NCBI RefSeq assembly: GCF_020745735.1
Contig: NC_083403.1
Location: 66,683,003-66,747,002, forward strand
Reading direction: 5' to 3'
DNA: 64,000 nt
Source of the DNA: Hemiscyllium ocellatum
Lineage: Eukaryota
Below the pieces are notes generated by a model. The model did not search any database, was not told where the DNA came from, and was given only the letters and a program-made list of their open reading frames with translations. The position numbers and the translations under genes are program-made. Within the stretch, counting starts at the first letter, position 1, and each line of letters starts with the position of its first letter. Of this stretch, positions 38,125-51,900 are shown one piece after another.

Positions 38125-39140
38125 AATCATAGAGATGTACAGCACAGAAACAGACCCTTTGGTCCAACTCATCCATAATAATCAGATATTGTAAATAAAT
38201 TAGATTCGATTATTTACAGTGTGGAAACAGGCCCTTCGGCCCAACAAGTCCACACTGACCCGCCGAAGCACAACCCACCCATACCCCTACATTACCCCTT
38301 ACCTAATACTACGGGCAATTTAGCATGGCCAATTCACCTGACCCGCACATCTTTGGACTGTGGGAGGAAACCGGAGCACCCGGAGGAAACCCACGCAGAC
38401 ACGGGGAGAATGTGCAAACTCCACACAGTCAGTCGCCTGAGTCGGGAATTGAACCCGGGTCTCAGGCGCTGTGAGACAGCAGTGCTAACCACTGTGTCAC
38501 CGTGCCGCCCACCATCTAGTCCCATTCACCAGCATTTGGTCCCTATCCCTCTAAATCTTTCCTATTCATATACCTATCCAGATGTCTTTTAAATATTGTT
38601 ATTGTACCAGCCTCCACCACTTCATCTGGCAGCTCATTCCTTACACGCACCACCCTCTGTGAGAAAGAGAATTTTCCCCGAGGTCCCTTTTAAATCTTTC
38701 CCTTTACACCTTATACCAATGCCCTCTAGTTTTGGACTCCCCCTTCATGGGGAAAATACCTTGTCTATTTACCCTATCCATGCCCCTCATGATTTTATAA
38801 ATCTCTATAAGATCACCCCTCATGCTGTGATTCACTAGGGAAAATAGCCCCAACCTATTCAGCCTCTCCCTATAGCTCAAACCCTCCAACCCTGGCACCA
38901 TCCTGGAAAATCTTTCTGAACCCTTTCAAGTTTCACAACATCTTTCCTATAGCAGGGAGACCAGAATTGAATGTGGTATTCCAAAAGTGGCCTAACCAAT
39001 GTCCTATACAGCTGCAATGTGACCTCCTAACTCCTATACTAAATGCACTGACCAATAAAGATATGGATGCCAAATACCTTGTTCACTATCGTATCTACCT
39101 GCGACTCTACTTTCAAGAAAATACAAACCTGCACTCCATC
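38125..39140 (-). mobile_element. HER1/CR1-type LINE fragment containing an HE1 SINE
   Basis: MVPGLEGLSYRERLNRLGLFSL...GDLIEIYKIMRG. The 3' end is at 38125 (gaatcatagagatgtacagcacagaaacagaccc). Confidence 0.9.
38210..38510 (-). mobile_element. HE1-type V-SINE, well preserved
   Basis: On the minus strand: gggcggcacggtgacacagtggttagcactgctg (A-box), gggttcaattcccg (B-box), V-domain, and LINE-derived 3' end. Confidence 0.92.
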
Positions 39141-40329
39141 TTTCAATGTTTTTTCTCTCTCCTGTTGCAACTTCCCATAATATAAACATACTTACATTGA
39201 AACTGCAGGAGACACATGTTGGTTTAAAATTATGACTCCAGAAAGATTAATCCATTAAATTTTAAACTTCACATAAACCAACTCCCATATGCCACTAGTT
39301 TCAAACAAAATCTCTTAAAAAATGACATTAATATAGTTATATAAGCGACATACCTTTCATCACAGACCAGATATATATTTGTGATCAAGATAATTAACAA
39401 GTTCACAGGCTTTTAGTGGAGTTTATCTGTTTAATTACTTTATATAAAGATGTGCCATAATTTATTTACAAATTGATTATTGGTAATGCATTGATTAGAT
39501 TTGCATTGGACATGTCAAATGAGTTAGCTGATCTGTGAGGAAACCAGAGTTCACGTATACAATTAATCGGTATTATCTCATTTTCAATTTAATTAAGCAA
39601 TTGTTTCTCCCCTTCTTTTCCTTCTGGAATGCAATCAGGATTATAAGTATTAAAATTTTAATAACTGAGAAAACTAGCATGAACCAATGAAAATATATAG
39701 AAAAATCTTGGAAAACTAGGAAAAGCATTCAATTTCCCTGTAAAACATCAGATGTTTTGAAGTACTGGGTTTCGACTGTTGGGTAGCCATTAAGTAGCCT
39801 GCATAATTCTCCATCCCTTTAAACCAATTTTGACTATTGGATAGAAAATTGTGTGAGCTGCCCAACAGCTTCCTACAAGTATGGCTCTCTGCTGGGCATA
39901 ATGGATTATGGAACAAGTTTCAAGATGCTTCCTTTAACTGCAATTTAACACAAATTATCATGTTGTTTCATTTAAGGTCCAAACATTGAAAGTATAAACT
40001 TATGCAAATGAAAACAATATTGAAACATACAAATATATACCTGAATTACCACTATACACTTTAAAACATGAATGGGTAGACCATCACATTTATGCTGATC
40101 ATGTTCTATGACTCATTACGTAAAAGAGGATTCCCCTAGTGTTTAGTGGTTTTGTCGATGAAAGTGGCCCTTAGACTCATTGTGGAACAAAGAGATGGAA
40201 AGACATCAAAGGAAAGGGGAATTTGTAGCACCCTGCACTAAACATTTAATTTTTTTTGTCCAGTATCTGTTTTTAAAAATAGCTATTAAAGAGTTATAAC
40301 TTTTCAAAGTGTTGCACAGCTCAGTGGCG

Positions 40330-40665
40330 ATTGTTACATCAGCAAATGCAACTTGCATTCTATGGCAGCAATAGCTCACAAATACTAATGAGATGAGAAA
40401 CTATTTGCTGACGGGAGAAATTTGGCTAGGGCAGTAGGAGCACTCCTCAAACTTCACTGGGTTGTGCCAAGACCTCTTTAACATCTTTTAAAACAGATTG
40501 AGCGATTGGGGTTGGTTTTTTTTCCCTTGGAGAATAGCATCTCTAAAGTGCAGCTCACAGTGTTGCACAAAAATACCAGCCTAAGTTACGTCCTTAAATC
40601 TCAGAATAGGCAAAACAAAACTCCACAAGTGCCTGACACAGGGATGAATATCACTGCTGAACAAA
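40330..40665 (-). mobile_element. Ancient Deu-domain SINE, decayed
   Basis: Faint colinear similarity to 7810-8228. Confidence 0.45.
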
Positions 40666-41721
40666 GCGGAAAAATATTAAATTTATGTTGGAGTTCCCTA
40701 GCACTGAACAGATGAAGGCGTCTGCAACAACCCTCTGCCACCACATTGGGTGCAACTAGTTATCTAAGCACAAAACTGGTGTCAAACTTTGAATGTTTCT
40801 GATTACGTGCAGTTAAGCATTGTGCTACAGAGTGCATTTAACAACTACATCATGGGGGCAATTGTAACATAGTTTATTAAACTTACTTTAATACCAAATA
40901 TTCTGCAATTGGTTTCAAAAATTATTTTTGCTCAGCTATGCTTACATTCTTGTGTATACTTACTGTATACTCTGGGTAGTGTTGGAACATTTCACACAAT
41001 ATTAACCTTACCAGTAACTGAAGAAGATTTACAAGACGTAGTGAGATTAAATCATTTTAAAGATATGGTTCCAGTATTCACTAGGTCATTCTATTGTAGG
41101 TATGAGGCTGTTAATTTGCAATGTCTAGACAAAAAGCCATAAAAACAACATCACCTATAGATCGCTAAGAAGTTAGACTTTATATCAAACTGTCAAACTA
41201 GGCTTGTGAATGGACTGGTAATAAGTATTCTCTGACTGTGTTACAGATTTCCAATACGATGGGAGTCGAGGATGTCTATTAAATATTTTTATATCCATGG
41301 TGATAGCTCATAATCATTTTCACCTTATTTTATTGGATTTCTTCTGACTGAGAATGAAGAAACTTGTTCTCTATTTTGATACAAAATAACTACCTGAGTT
41401 ATCCAAGTATTGGGAATGAGCTCAGTGGTAGGGATGGTAATAGAAAATCAACATGAAGACATTGAATTGGAAGCTCAAGCTCTTCATATTGCTTCCATAC
41501 TTTCCCTCCATTGGCTAACATGATAGGAGAACATCACAATAGAAATGTAGTTAGAGCAATTCATTGACCAATTGAGAGGAATTATTCAAAGATTTTTCAA
41601 TTTTGCAAACAATGCTTGGGGAATCACAGGGTTTCAGAGTCTAGCCTGGTAAAATAAGCTGGTAAACAAATGAAAACTCAATACAGCCTGCTTCAGGAAG
41701 CCATTGACAGATCCAGGAAAT

Positions 41722-41850
41722 TTCCTGAAGAAGGGCTCATGCCCGAAACGTCGATACTCCTGCTCTTTGGATGCTGCCTGACCTGCTGCGCTTTTCTAGC
41801 AACACATTTTCAGCTCTGATTTCCAGCATCTGCAGTCCTCACTTTCTCCT
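41722..41850 (+). mobile_element. Solo family-A PLE end with intact hammerhead core
   Basis: ttc CTGAAGA a gggc tcat gccc GAAA cg tc ga, followed by the family-A tail to ctcactttctcc. Confidence 0.88.
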
Positions 41851-42859
41851 GAGAAAAGAGTATGTTTACTTTGGTTGCCATGGAAACTGAGAGAGGTTCT
41901 CTGCCTGGGTTTTATTCATCAAGGCTCCAGAATCCCATTGAAGTGGAAGGGCAGGGAAAAGAAGCAAAGTCCAGACATAGGCAACAAGAGATTGGCAATC
42001 TTAAGGTTAACAGAAGGCCTAGGTCAGGGAGGGATGCAGAAAAAGGCAACAGTGGGCAAAACAACCAGCCTCCTCAGTTCAATTTAGGATATCTTCCAGA
42101 GTTAATCCACCTTTCAAAGCTCAGTTACCTCCAAATGTCTGACAACATTGGCTCTGTCATGGTGACAGATCAGAACATCAAAGTACTGATAGACACATAG
42201 TCATGATCCACTGGGATACAGCATCTTAAATCAAGCCCTGATATTCCCAGAGTTGTACAAAATATTAACTTTTTTTAAGGTTAGGTACAGTACCCCATTT
42301 TAACTGCCTTGCAAACCAAGGTTGATAGAAAGCAAGAATCATGCTTCTGTATTAGAAAAAGACTATAGCTACAAGTAAACAGATACAAGTCATAAAACAC
42401 TATTAAAACTGTACTAAAACTTGAATCCCCTTATAAACTTCTTGTTACACCAGCAGACACACACACACACATATTATTGTAGATGGAGCAAAAAATGGGA
42501 ATTCCAGTGTTGAGATGATCTGTTTTTGGCTAGCCAGGCCCTTTTTGTTGGTTGTTTTTCTCTGAAAGCTTTCACTGACTTTAAGAAGTTCAGAGTGAAT
42601 GATTCACTTGAAACATTTCTTTGATTTATCAATTCAAAAGGTACAGCTCACAGAAGCAGCTGCAGGAAAGGTAATTGGTCTTGCTGAAGTTGAAACTGAG
42701 TTTATTTACTGCAGAGAACAGGTGGGGAAAACAACAACACACTTTTCTATGCTTATCTCTCTCTCTGCCTGTGTCTTGGTAACTTGTTTCCAGTTCCAAA
42801 CTGCTCAGTTAGCTGAGAACCAATCTGCTTCACTTGTAAACAATTCCGCAGCTTCTGTC

Positions 42860-43240
42860 AGAATTTAGAAGGATAAGAAGAGATATAATTGCTAAAGGGG
42901 GTTGACAAAGTAGCTGCAGAAAGAATGCTTCCGCATGAGGGGCAATCTAGAATGAGCGGTCAGAGTTTTATCATAGGCAGCAGCAGATTTAAAATAGAGA
43001 TGAGGAGAAATTTCTTCTCTCAAATGATTGTAAATCTAAGAAACTCACTAACCTCAGAGTCTCATGAGTGTCAAGGCATTGAATAATTTTAAGGAGTAGG
43101 CAGACAGATTTCAATTAGGAATGGGTTGAAGAGTTATGAAAAACAAGTAAGAAAGGAGTTGAAAATGAAGTGCGATCAGCCATGATTATATAAAATGGCA
43201 GGCTAGGCTCAAGGGGCCGAACCCTGCTTCTAATTTTTAT
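42860..43240 (+). mobile_element. CR1 LINE 3' fragment
   Basis: FKIEMRRNFFSQMIVNLRNSL. Confidence 0.75.
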
Positions 43241-43554
43241 GTCATTTTGCTCATGATCATTTGTATGTTGTAAGAACCCATAACCACAAAAACAAAATTC
43301 TCAAAAGTATTGAATATCTTTGTTGTGAAATTAAGCAGCCATCCTAGTAAATCCCTATTTTAAAATCAGTTGTTTCTCCTTACAGTCCACAATATTTAAA
43401 GACACAAAACACAATGCTTCTTACAACACGGAACTTCTACTTCCATCAAATATTTTTTAAAACAATGACTGCTGCAACCAAAAGATGACTATCTCACAGA
43501 GTGCTTTGTCAACCCATGGATTATCACAACTGTACTTAGTCTAAGATATTTCAG

Positions 43555-44758
43555 ATAGAATAGTCATATAGATGTACAGCACGGAAACAGACCCTTCAGT
43601 CCAACTCATTCATGCGAACCAGGTATCCCATGCCAATCTAGTCCCTACTGCCTTTATACTCTTCAAAGGATTCACTCAATCTATCCTGTCGATACCTGAC
43701 ATATGCTTCCTTCTTTTTCTTAACCAAACCCTCAATTTCTTTAGTCATCCAGTATTCCCTATACCTACCAGCCTTTCCTTTCACCCTAACAGGAATATAC
43801 CGTCTCTGGACTCTCGTTATCTCATTTCTGAAGGCTTCCCATTTTCCAGTTGTCCCTTTACCTGCAAACATCTGCCCCCAATCAGCTTTTGAAAGTTCTT
43901 GCCTAATACCATCAAAATTGGCCTTTCTCCAATTTAGAACTTCAACTTTTAGATTTGGTCTATCCTTTTCCATCACTGTGTTAAATCTTAGAGAATTATG
44001 GTCGCTGGCCCCAAAGTGCTCCCCTACTGACACCTCAGTCACCTGCCCTGCCTTATTTCCCAAGCGTAGGTCAAGTTTTGCACCTTCTCTAGTAGGTACA
44101 TCCACATACTGGATCAGAAAATTGTCTTGTACACACTTACCAAATTCCTCTCCATCTAAATCCTTAACACTATGGCAGTCCCAGTCTATGTTTAGAAAGT
44201 TAAAATCCCCTACCATCTCTACCTGATTATTCTTACAGATAACTGAGATCTTCTTATAAATTAGTTTTTTAATTTACCAATGACTATTAGAGGGTTGATG
44301 ATACAAACCCAATAAGGGAATCATCCCTTTCTTATTTCTCAGTTCCACCCGAATAACTTGCCTGGATGTATTTCCAGGAATATCCTTCCTCAGTGTGGCT
44401 GTAATGCTATTGCTTATCAAAAATGCCACTCCCCCTCCTCTATTCCCTCCCTTTCTGTCCTTTCTGTAGCATTTGTATCCTGGGACATTAAGCTGCCAGC
44501 CCTGTCTATCCCTGAGCCTTGTTTCTGTAATTGCGATGATATCCCAGTCCCATGTCCCTAACCATGCCCTGAGTTTATCTGCCTTCCTTGTTAGGCCTCT
44601 TGCATTGAAATAAATGCAGTTAAATTTATCAGTCCTACCTTGTTCTCTGCTTTGTCTCTGACTGCCCCTGACTGGTTGATTCGCTTCTGTTCTCAATTGT
44701 ACCAGTCTCAGACTGATCCTTTTCCTCACTATCTCCCTGGGTTGCAAACCTCCACCAC

Positions 44759-44813
<55 letters not shown>

Positions 44814-45620
44814 CCTTACTAGTTTAAATTCACACCTACTGGGACCTTTACCCTTTGAGAACATTCTACATCCTCTCTGAGACTTCCTTGATCTCGGTAC
44901 CAGGAGGTAACACACCAATATGATTTTTTTGCTGCTGGACACAGAAACGCCTGTCTGTACCTCGGATGAGAGAGTCTCCTAACACAATCGATCTCTTGGA
45001 ACCCAATGCACCCCTCATTACATTACAGCCAGTCTCAATACCAGAAACTTGGCTGTTAGTGCTACACTCCCCTGAGAATCACCCCCTACATTTTCCAAAA
45101 TAGCATACTTGTTTGAAATGGGGATAACCACAGAAGACTCCTGCACTAGCTGCCTATCTCCCTTATCTTTTCTGGGGTTAACCCATCTATGTGACTGTAT
45201 CTGTGACTTCTCTCCCTACCTCTAACTGCCATCCATCGCACCCCCTTGCTCTTGTAGATTCCTCATTGTCTCTAGCTATCTGTCCATCTGATCCATTCCA
45301 TCTGATTGGATTCACAACCAATGGCATTTATTGCAGGTATAATCCTCAGTAACATGTAAGCTCTCTCTGAACTCTCACATCTGACAAGAAGAGCATATCA
45401 CTCTACTGAAGGCCATTTTTGCTTCTTCCAATCTGCAAACCCAGAAAATAGCACCGACGTAGTCCTCTACAAAATACTGCTCCAAGCTAATTTAATACTT
45501 ATGGCTTATATTTTTATGTTTAATCAAGAGACCTATCTCAATGAAAATATATAATCATGTAGAGTGGGTTACCCCTCTCTACCCACTACTGCAGACTTAC
45601 AGCAAGGTCCCAAGGCCACA
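43555..45620 (-). mobile_element. Internally deleted CR1 LINE: 5'UTR + ORF1 N-terminus + ORF2 endonuclease + extreme 3' end
   Basis: ORF1 ATG at 45416 (MAFSRVICSSC...YTCNKC zinc-finger). APE domain YFNARGL, IAITET, GGGVA, GDFN and SDH at 43650-44620. The sequence then jumps to ~85 bp of LINE 3' end at 43560-43645. Confidence 0.88.
44758..44812 (+). repeat. Poly-C run plus (CA)n microsatellite inside the CR1 element
   Basis: Directly visible. Confidence 0.95.
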
Positions 45621-45980
45621 CTGAAAACTATTGACTGAGGAGGAGGAGATAACGAAAGACTGACTATCCCCCACCTCCTCCACCCCAAACCTCAATAGGA
45701 AGCTACTCCCTACAGCCACATTTTTTTGCCCATCCAAGAATTGACAAAATAACAGAATTAAAAACTATCTGATCCCTGGTCTGTGAAAAGCTATTAGCAT
45801 TCCTGCAACTGCAGATATAGAAAAAAAGTACATTCTTGAACCCTGAGTATTGTTGGTCAGTCACCATCAAAAGGTACCAAGACAAAGAATTTCAATTAAC
45901 ATGTATAATGATTTGATCTTGAACCTGACTGTGCAATAATCAATGCTACCAGTAACATCGCTTGTAATACCTGCAATCTT

Positions 45981-47255
45981 CGAGTAAAAAATGAGGTCTG
46001 CAGATGCTGGAGATCATAGCGGAAAATGTGATGCTGGTTAAAGCACAGCAGGTTAGGCAGCATCTCAGGAATAGGGAATTCGACGTTTCGAGCATAAGCC
46101 CTTCATCAGGAATGAGAGAGAGTAGCCAAGCAGGCTAAGATAAAAGGTAGGGAGGAGGGACTTGGGGGAGGGGCAATGGAGGTGGAAGGAGGTCAAGGTG
46201 AGGGTGATAGGCCGGAGTGGGGTGCGGGCGGAGAGGTCAGGAAGAGGATTGCAGGTTAGGAGGGCGGTGCTGAGTTGAGGGAACTGACTGAGACAAGGTG
46301 GGGGGAGGGGAAATGAGGAAACTGGAGAAATCTGAATTCATACCTTGTGGTTGGAGGGTTCCCAGGCGGAAGATGAGGCGCTCCTCCTCCAGCCGTCGTG
46401 TTGTTATGTTCTGCCGGTGGAGGAGTCCAAGGACCTGCATGTCCTCGGTGGAGTGGGAGGGAGAGTTGAGCCACGGGGTGATTGGGTTGGTTGGTCCGGG
46501 CGGCCCAGAGGTGTTCTCTGAAGCGTTCCGCAAGTAAGCGGCCTGTCTCCCCAATATAGAGGAGGCCACATCGGGTGCAGCGGATGCAATAGATGATGTG
46601 TGTGGAGGTACAGGTGAACTTGTGGCGGATATGGAAGGATCCCTTGGGGCCTTGGAGGGAAGTGAGTGTGGAGGTGTGGGCGCAAGTTTTACATTTCCTG
46701 CGGTTGCAGGGGAAGGTGCCGGGGGTGGAGATTGGGTTGGTGGGGGGTGTGGATCTGACTAGGGAGTCACGAAGGGAGTGGTCCTTGCGGAACGCTGATA
46801 GGGGAGGGGAGGGAAATATATCCTTGGTGGTGGGGTCCATTTGGTGGTGGCGGAAATGACGGCGGATGATACGTTGTATGCGGAGGTTGGTGGGGTGGTA
46901 GGTGAGAACCAGTGGGGTTCTGTCTTGGTGGCGGTTGGAGGAGCGGGGCTCAAGGGCGGAGGAGCGGGAAGTGGAGGAGATGCGGTGGAGGGCATCGTCG
47001 ATCACGTCTGGGGGGAATCTGCAGTCCTTGAAGAAAGAGGCCATCTGGGCTGTGTGGTGTTGGAACTGGTTCTCCTGGGAGCAGATGCGGCAGAGACGAA
47101 GGAATTGGGAATATGGGATGGAGTTTTTGCAGGGGGCAGGGTGGGAGGAGGTGTAGTCCAGGTAGCTGTGGGAGTCAGTCGGTTTATAATAGATGTCTGT
47201 GTTGAGTCGGTCGCCCGAGATAGAGATGGAAAGGTCTAGGAAGGGGAGGGAGACT
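45981..47255 (-). mobile_element. Penelope-like retroelement, Neptune-type, 5'-truncated
   Basis: 262-aa ORF with GTFPCNRRKCKTC and IIYCIRCTRCGLLYIGETG...RFREH. Intact hammerhead at 46078-46113 (minus strand). Confidence 0.95.
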
Positions 47256-47759
47256 TTTCATGAAAAACTCACAAACTGATCTTTTTCTCAACTTTATCTT
47301 TTTTAACTTTTATGTTTTAGCTTTCACTTCTCTTGTGAGAGTACAGATATTGACTTATCTTTCTGTATCATATTTAGTAACAACTAAGCCCTCTCTTTGT
47401 TACATCAAGAAAGCCTGGTTAAATTGACTCCTTTTAAAAGATAAATTCATTGAGGCTGGGAGAAAAGTATCTCAGGGTAGATTAAACTTGTTGTGACTAA
47501 TGAAGGGGCAGTTTCTTCAGGAATAGGAGCCAGTTCATCCTTCCTTCGCCAGGATGCCAATGATTTTGGATATCCCACCTGGAACCATAACAAATCAGGG
47601 AACCTTGCTTGTGGACAGAACATAACAGACCAAAAGACTAGTTCTGTAGAGAGGCCATGTGTTCTATGGTGGAGGATGAGGCAGCCCCACAGGACATGGT
47701 GGCTAACTATTGGCAGTGGTACTAAAGCTTGCCATGGTTCAAAATCTTCTGCACCTCCA

Positions 47760-48650
47760 GATCTTTCCAAGGAGATATAAGTGGGACCTCTGCTGGTCAT
47801 TGATGCATCATGATCGTGGCCAATGCTTATTGAAAAGTACCAATGAAACCACAAGAGCAGCAAAGTGCCCTTCTTAAATTTCCTACATATGTTTCTAGCT
47901 GGTATTCACCTTGCACTTGCAGCTATAGTGGAGGCAGGCTGTACCTTGGGATGATCTTAGCTGATGCCCTCTCGTTGCTTGAGGCTTGGAGAATTGCCAT
48001 GTTGAAGGGCTCCTGTATAAGTGTCATTGGCAAAGGAGCTAAGACCCATTGTGCACACTCTAAAACTGTCCTGACTGGAGAGTCTGGGGGCACAAGGCAG
48101 CTGTTCCTCTTCTCTTACATGCTGCATGTGTACTTCCCTGCTGCCCCTTCGAGTATGATAATCTGGTGGACACAGAAGGCAGCTCATCAGCATTTAGATA
48201 TGTTACTGCTACAATGAGCACATGGATAAGATGTTAGTATGGGTATCTACCAGTCTCTGGAATCCACTGACTGGCCTGCTGATTCTGGCTCACCATAATA
48301 GTCGCCTGTCTTTCCAAGGAGGCTGCTATGTGCTCAGGTCTGGTTCATCTAGGCTTGCTGGGAAGTTTTGATCATCCATGCTTGGGTAGTCACAGCTTCT
48401 GGGGGATTTGGCAGCTGTCTCCTTACCTCCTGTTGCAGTTAAAGCAAATGCTATGAGGCTTACACATCCAGTGATCTATCACCAGTGTGGGGCTCAGCAA
48501 GGGCCTGATCTCTCAAAGTCCTTTTCCTCTCAGTAGCCTCAGCTGTTAGAGATGTTGTCAGTTGATTGGACCCTTCTGTGATGCTCTCATCAGATAGTGT
48601 TCTTGAATCTAAACATGAATAGATAGTCATCATAGTGAGAATCACTGTGT
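47760..48650 (-). mobile_element. Possible decayed DNA-transposon (Harbinger-type) remnant
   Basis: GC-richer degenerate coding-like sequence resembling the low-complexity tail of Harbinger Myb-like genes. No diagnostic motif found. Confidence 0.25.
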
Positions 48651-48657
48651 TCTGGGG

Positions 48658-48915
48658 TTAGAGTATAGAGTCATGGAGGTGTACAATGCAGAAACAGACA
48701 CTTTGATCCAACTCATCCATGCCAACCAGATATCCTAAATTAATCTATTCACATTTACCAGCATTTGGCCTGTCTACTTCTAAACCCTTCCGATTCATAT
48801 GTCCATCCAGATAGCTTTAAATATTGTACCAGCCTCCATCACTTCCTCTGTCTGCTCATTACATAAACGCACCATCCTCTGTTTGAAAAAGTTGCCCCTT
48901 AGATCCCTTTTAAAC
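48658..48915 (-). mobile_element. HER1/CR1 LINE 3' end fragment
   Basis: Colinear with 38125-38700. Confidence 0.85.
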
Positions 48916-51900
48916 AGCAATAGACTGTGATTTCACACCAAATGGTACACATCAAAGAGTTAAATGCAATCATGCAGACTGATAGATTTCTCAGCAATTT
49001 CCTTTCATTGTTAATGACATATCAGATAATCAAAGCTCATTAAAACTCACAAGGTATTACAATTCTTCACTTTTGCCAACTTCCTTCCAAGAACTATGGA
49101 CTGCATCAACTGGTCAATCACCTTCCTTCCTTAGAGCAATGCTCCCTTCAACTCTGAATACTGCACTCTACTTACTCACATGCACAATTCCAATTTTTCA
49201 CATAGTGTTAACTTCACAAAGCTTGCACCATATTTGCATTTTTCTGAGCCCTAATCTGACTCAGCTACACAAAACAAATACTTTTTATGGGCTTCCTTCA
49301 CTCGTGTGCATGGCTGCACTGAACTATTAGTGAAACTTGGCTTCTATCAAGTCCCCTTGTTTCCTAAGATATTTCCTGCGCCCCAGTGCCAACACTTTGC
49401 TACCTACTAATTTCTGGAACTTCTCCAAGCTCTAACACAGACACATCCAACCACTCTTGACTTCTCACTGAGTCTCCAACTGTACAGATTCAGTTTAGCT
49501 CAGTTCTGTGTTGAGTAGTACAACTAACCGCAGCACTGTGCAACATGGAGTTTGTGTCTCTCCATCTCCCTCACCCACTCCCTAACTTTTCCAATTGCCT
49601 GTCATCATTAAACTCCTGCTCAATCATCCTTAAAATGCCCTGTGTGATCAATTGAAAACTTTGCAACATACTCTTTCACTCGTACTGGGCAGAATTTAAT
49701 GTAGCCACCTAGCAATTCTTGAAACTGTCAGTTCCACATTTGTTCTCATACACAGACTAATGGCTTATACAGTACAGAAATGCCAGCAAGAAGAAGGATT
49801 CCTCACACCATCACTCATTCGATTTTACTGTCTGATGATCTCTCAGCTCTGCTTTTGTGTGATATCACCTGATTTGCAAGGTTCGAATATCACCATGTCA
49901 TTCAACAGACAGTGAATTTATTAGACTAGGCACATTTAGAAATGAGTTATCCATTCTTTGAAGTCTGAACAATGAGAAATGAATGTGGCTTTTGCAGTGG
50001 ATGGAATAGAGATTTAAATAAATGATAACTCATCTGTGGAGATAAAAAAAGACAATATGTAAGCAATTGATTATTTGTAAGAACACATGCTGCAGCACTT
50101 GAGACAGACAATGTAAGTGAAGTGTAACTGGTTTATTGTACAAAGGACTCTCCACTTGTGAGCTCTACACTTTGCAGATTGCAACTTACATGCTCAATAT
50201 GAGTTGCATTTAAGCACGCACATTTAAGATTTTCCAATTAGCACATGGAAGGAAAATATCTAGCTCAGATGTAGCATAATCTTGTGTAAATACTCCATTC
50301 TATGAGATTGTGTTGAGGATTTTTCTAATCTTATCTTAGATCACATTACTCTGGTTCAGTGAGCCTTCAAACTGTCCTTTCAACCTTTGGCAACTTGAAT
50401 CTATGCTTTCCTCCAAAATCATTTTCCTCTTGATGATACTATGGAGTCTCAGTAGCATTGAATGGATCATGTTGCATGCATATGATCTTTTTTTGAATGT
50501 TGGGAAGAATGGACGTTTGAAATAAAAAGAGACTTTGGTACTTCTAGAATTTCACTGAAAGAGCTATTTCTAGTTGGGAGAGAAAAGGAGATTGTTGTTT
50601 CTTCCCTGAATCTATTTTATTCAATTGCAAGCCAGTCACATTAATTTGCATTTATTTACATATATTATCATATTAAAGGTGCTTGTCGGGGGTGATAGAT
50701 TTGAAAATGATAACCAGTGTTGTTTTGGGTATCTTAATTTACAGATGGTGGTGAATTGAGTTGTTGATTTGTGCAGGGTCTCACACTATAACTGAAACTG
50801 CAAAGTATTATTTTGAAAACTATTAGACTTCTGGATTTATTAGCCATGAAATCGATCTAAGATTTAAAAAAAAATCTGCGGTAGGGCAGGATGCGGAAGG
50901 GTTATTTTGTCTGCTAAATAAGTGATCCAACAAATTAAGACTGTATCATGCATTTCTTTTCTTATCAATGGTCTTACATTACACCAAGATGTATCATTTG
51001 AACTCAGCATATCAATTGCAATGGATGTTTCGTTGTGCTGTGGAATTTCAAAATTTTGCTAACAGTTGCCTACTTACAGATAAACTAAAAGTTGAGTGAA
51101 ATCAGGAATAACAGTAACCAAGAAGCCTGTTTTATTTCACACAGGATACAGTGAACAGAATTCAGCTTCCTGGTGAGATTGATCTATTTCCTTTTAATAG
51201 ACAAATTATAGAATATGTAATGATAACTCACTTTATGCCTAACACTCCTTTGTTATAGGCTGTGTCCATGTGTATACCAGTCTGAAGCCTTCCTTAGTTC
51301 CTCGGACTGCCACAGAAAGAAAAGAAGCAATTCTATGATCCCTCCCCAACTCTGACTATTGAGGTCTAGCCTAATCAGGGCTGTGTAGCTGCAGGAGATC
51401 AGAGAAAAAGGGAAGGGTAGACAAGACCTTGCAGGGAACTGAAACTGGAAACAGAATTTTAAAGTTGAAATATTGCCAAACCAGGAACAAATATGTATTT
51501 CATTGAGTACAAGGTGACAGAAATTCTATGATTTAGAATGCAACACTACCTGCTTGATGTAGAAATTGTGTGTCTAGCTGGTTTATTGTATGTTCGGGGT
51601 TGCCCTTGAGAAAGTGGTCCTGAGCTGCCTTCTTGAATGGCTGCAGTCCATGTGCAGTAGGTAAACCCATAGTAATGCAAGGGAGTAGTACTATGATTTT
51701 AACCCTGCAACAGTGAAGGAACATTGATATATTTCCAAGTCAGCTCAGATCATGTCTAAGGTTTGTTCTGTCAAATAAATTATTGAGAAACATTCTATTA
51801 CAGGCTTGAAACATTTAGAATGAAACGCCTGTGTCTTGATTTCCAAAGGGCTGTGAGGTTAATATACAGTATGGATAGCAATTTAAAATGGTAGGCAAGG

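Noticed and set aside
38440-38510. tRNA-like A/B boxes as a tRNA gene
   Set aside because: They are the head of an HE1 SINE, and there is no complete cloverleaf.
42155-43428. Possible solo LTR (TG...CA ends, LTR-like composition) interrupted by CR1; similar stretches near 47260-47590 and 53390-53830
   Set aside because: No TSD, primer-binding site or second copy in the window to define boundaries.
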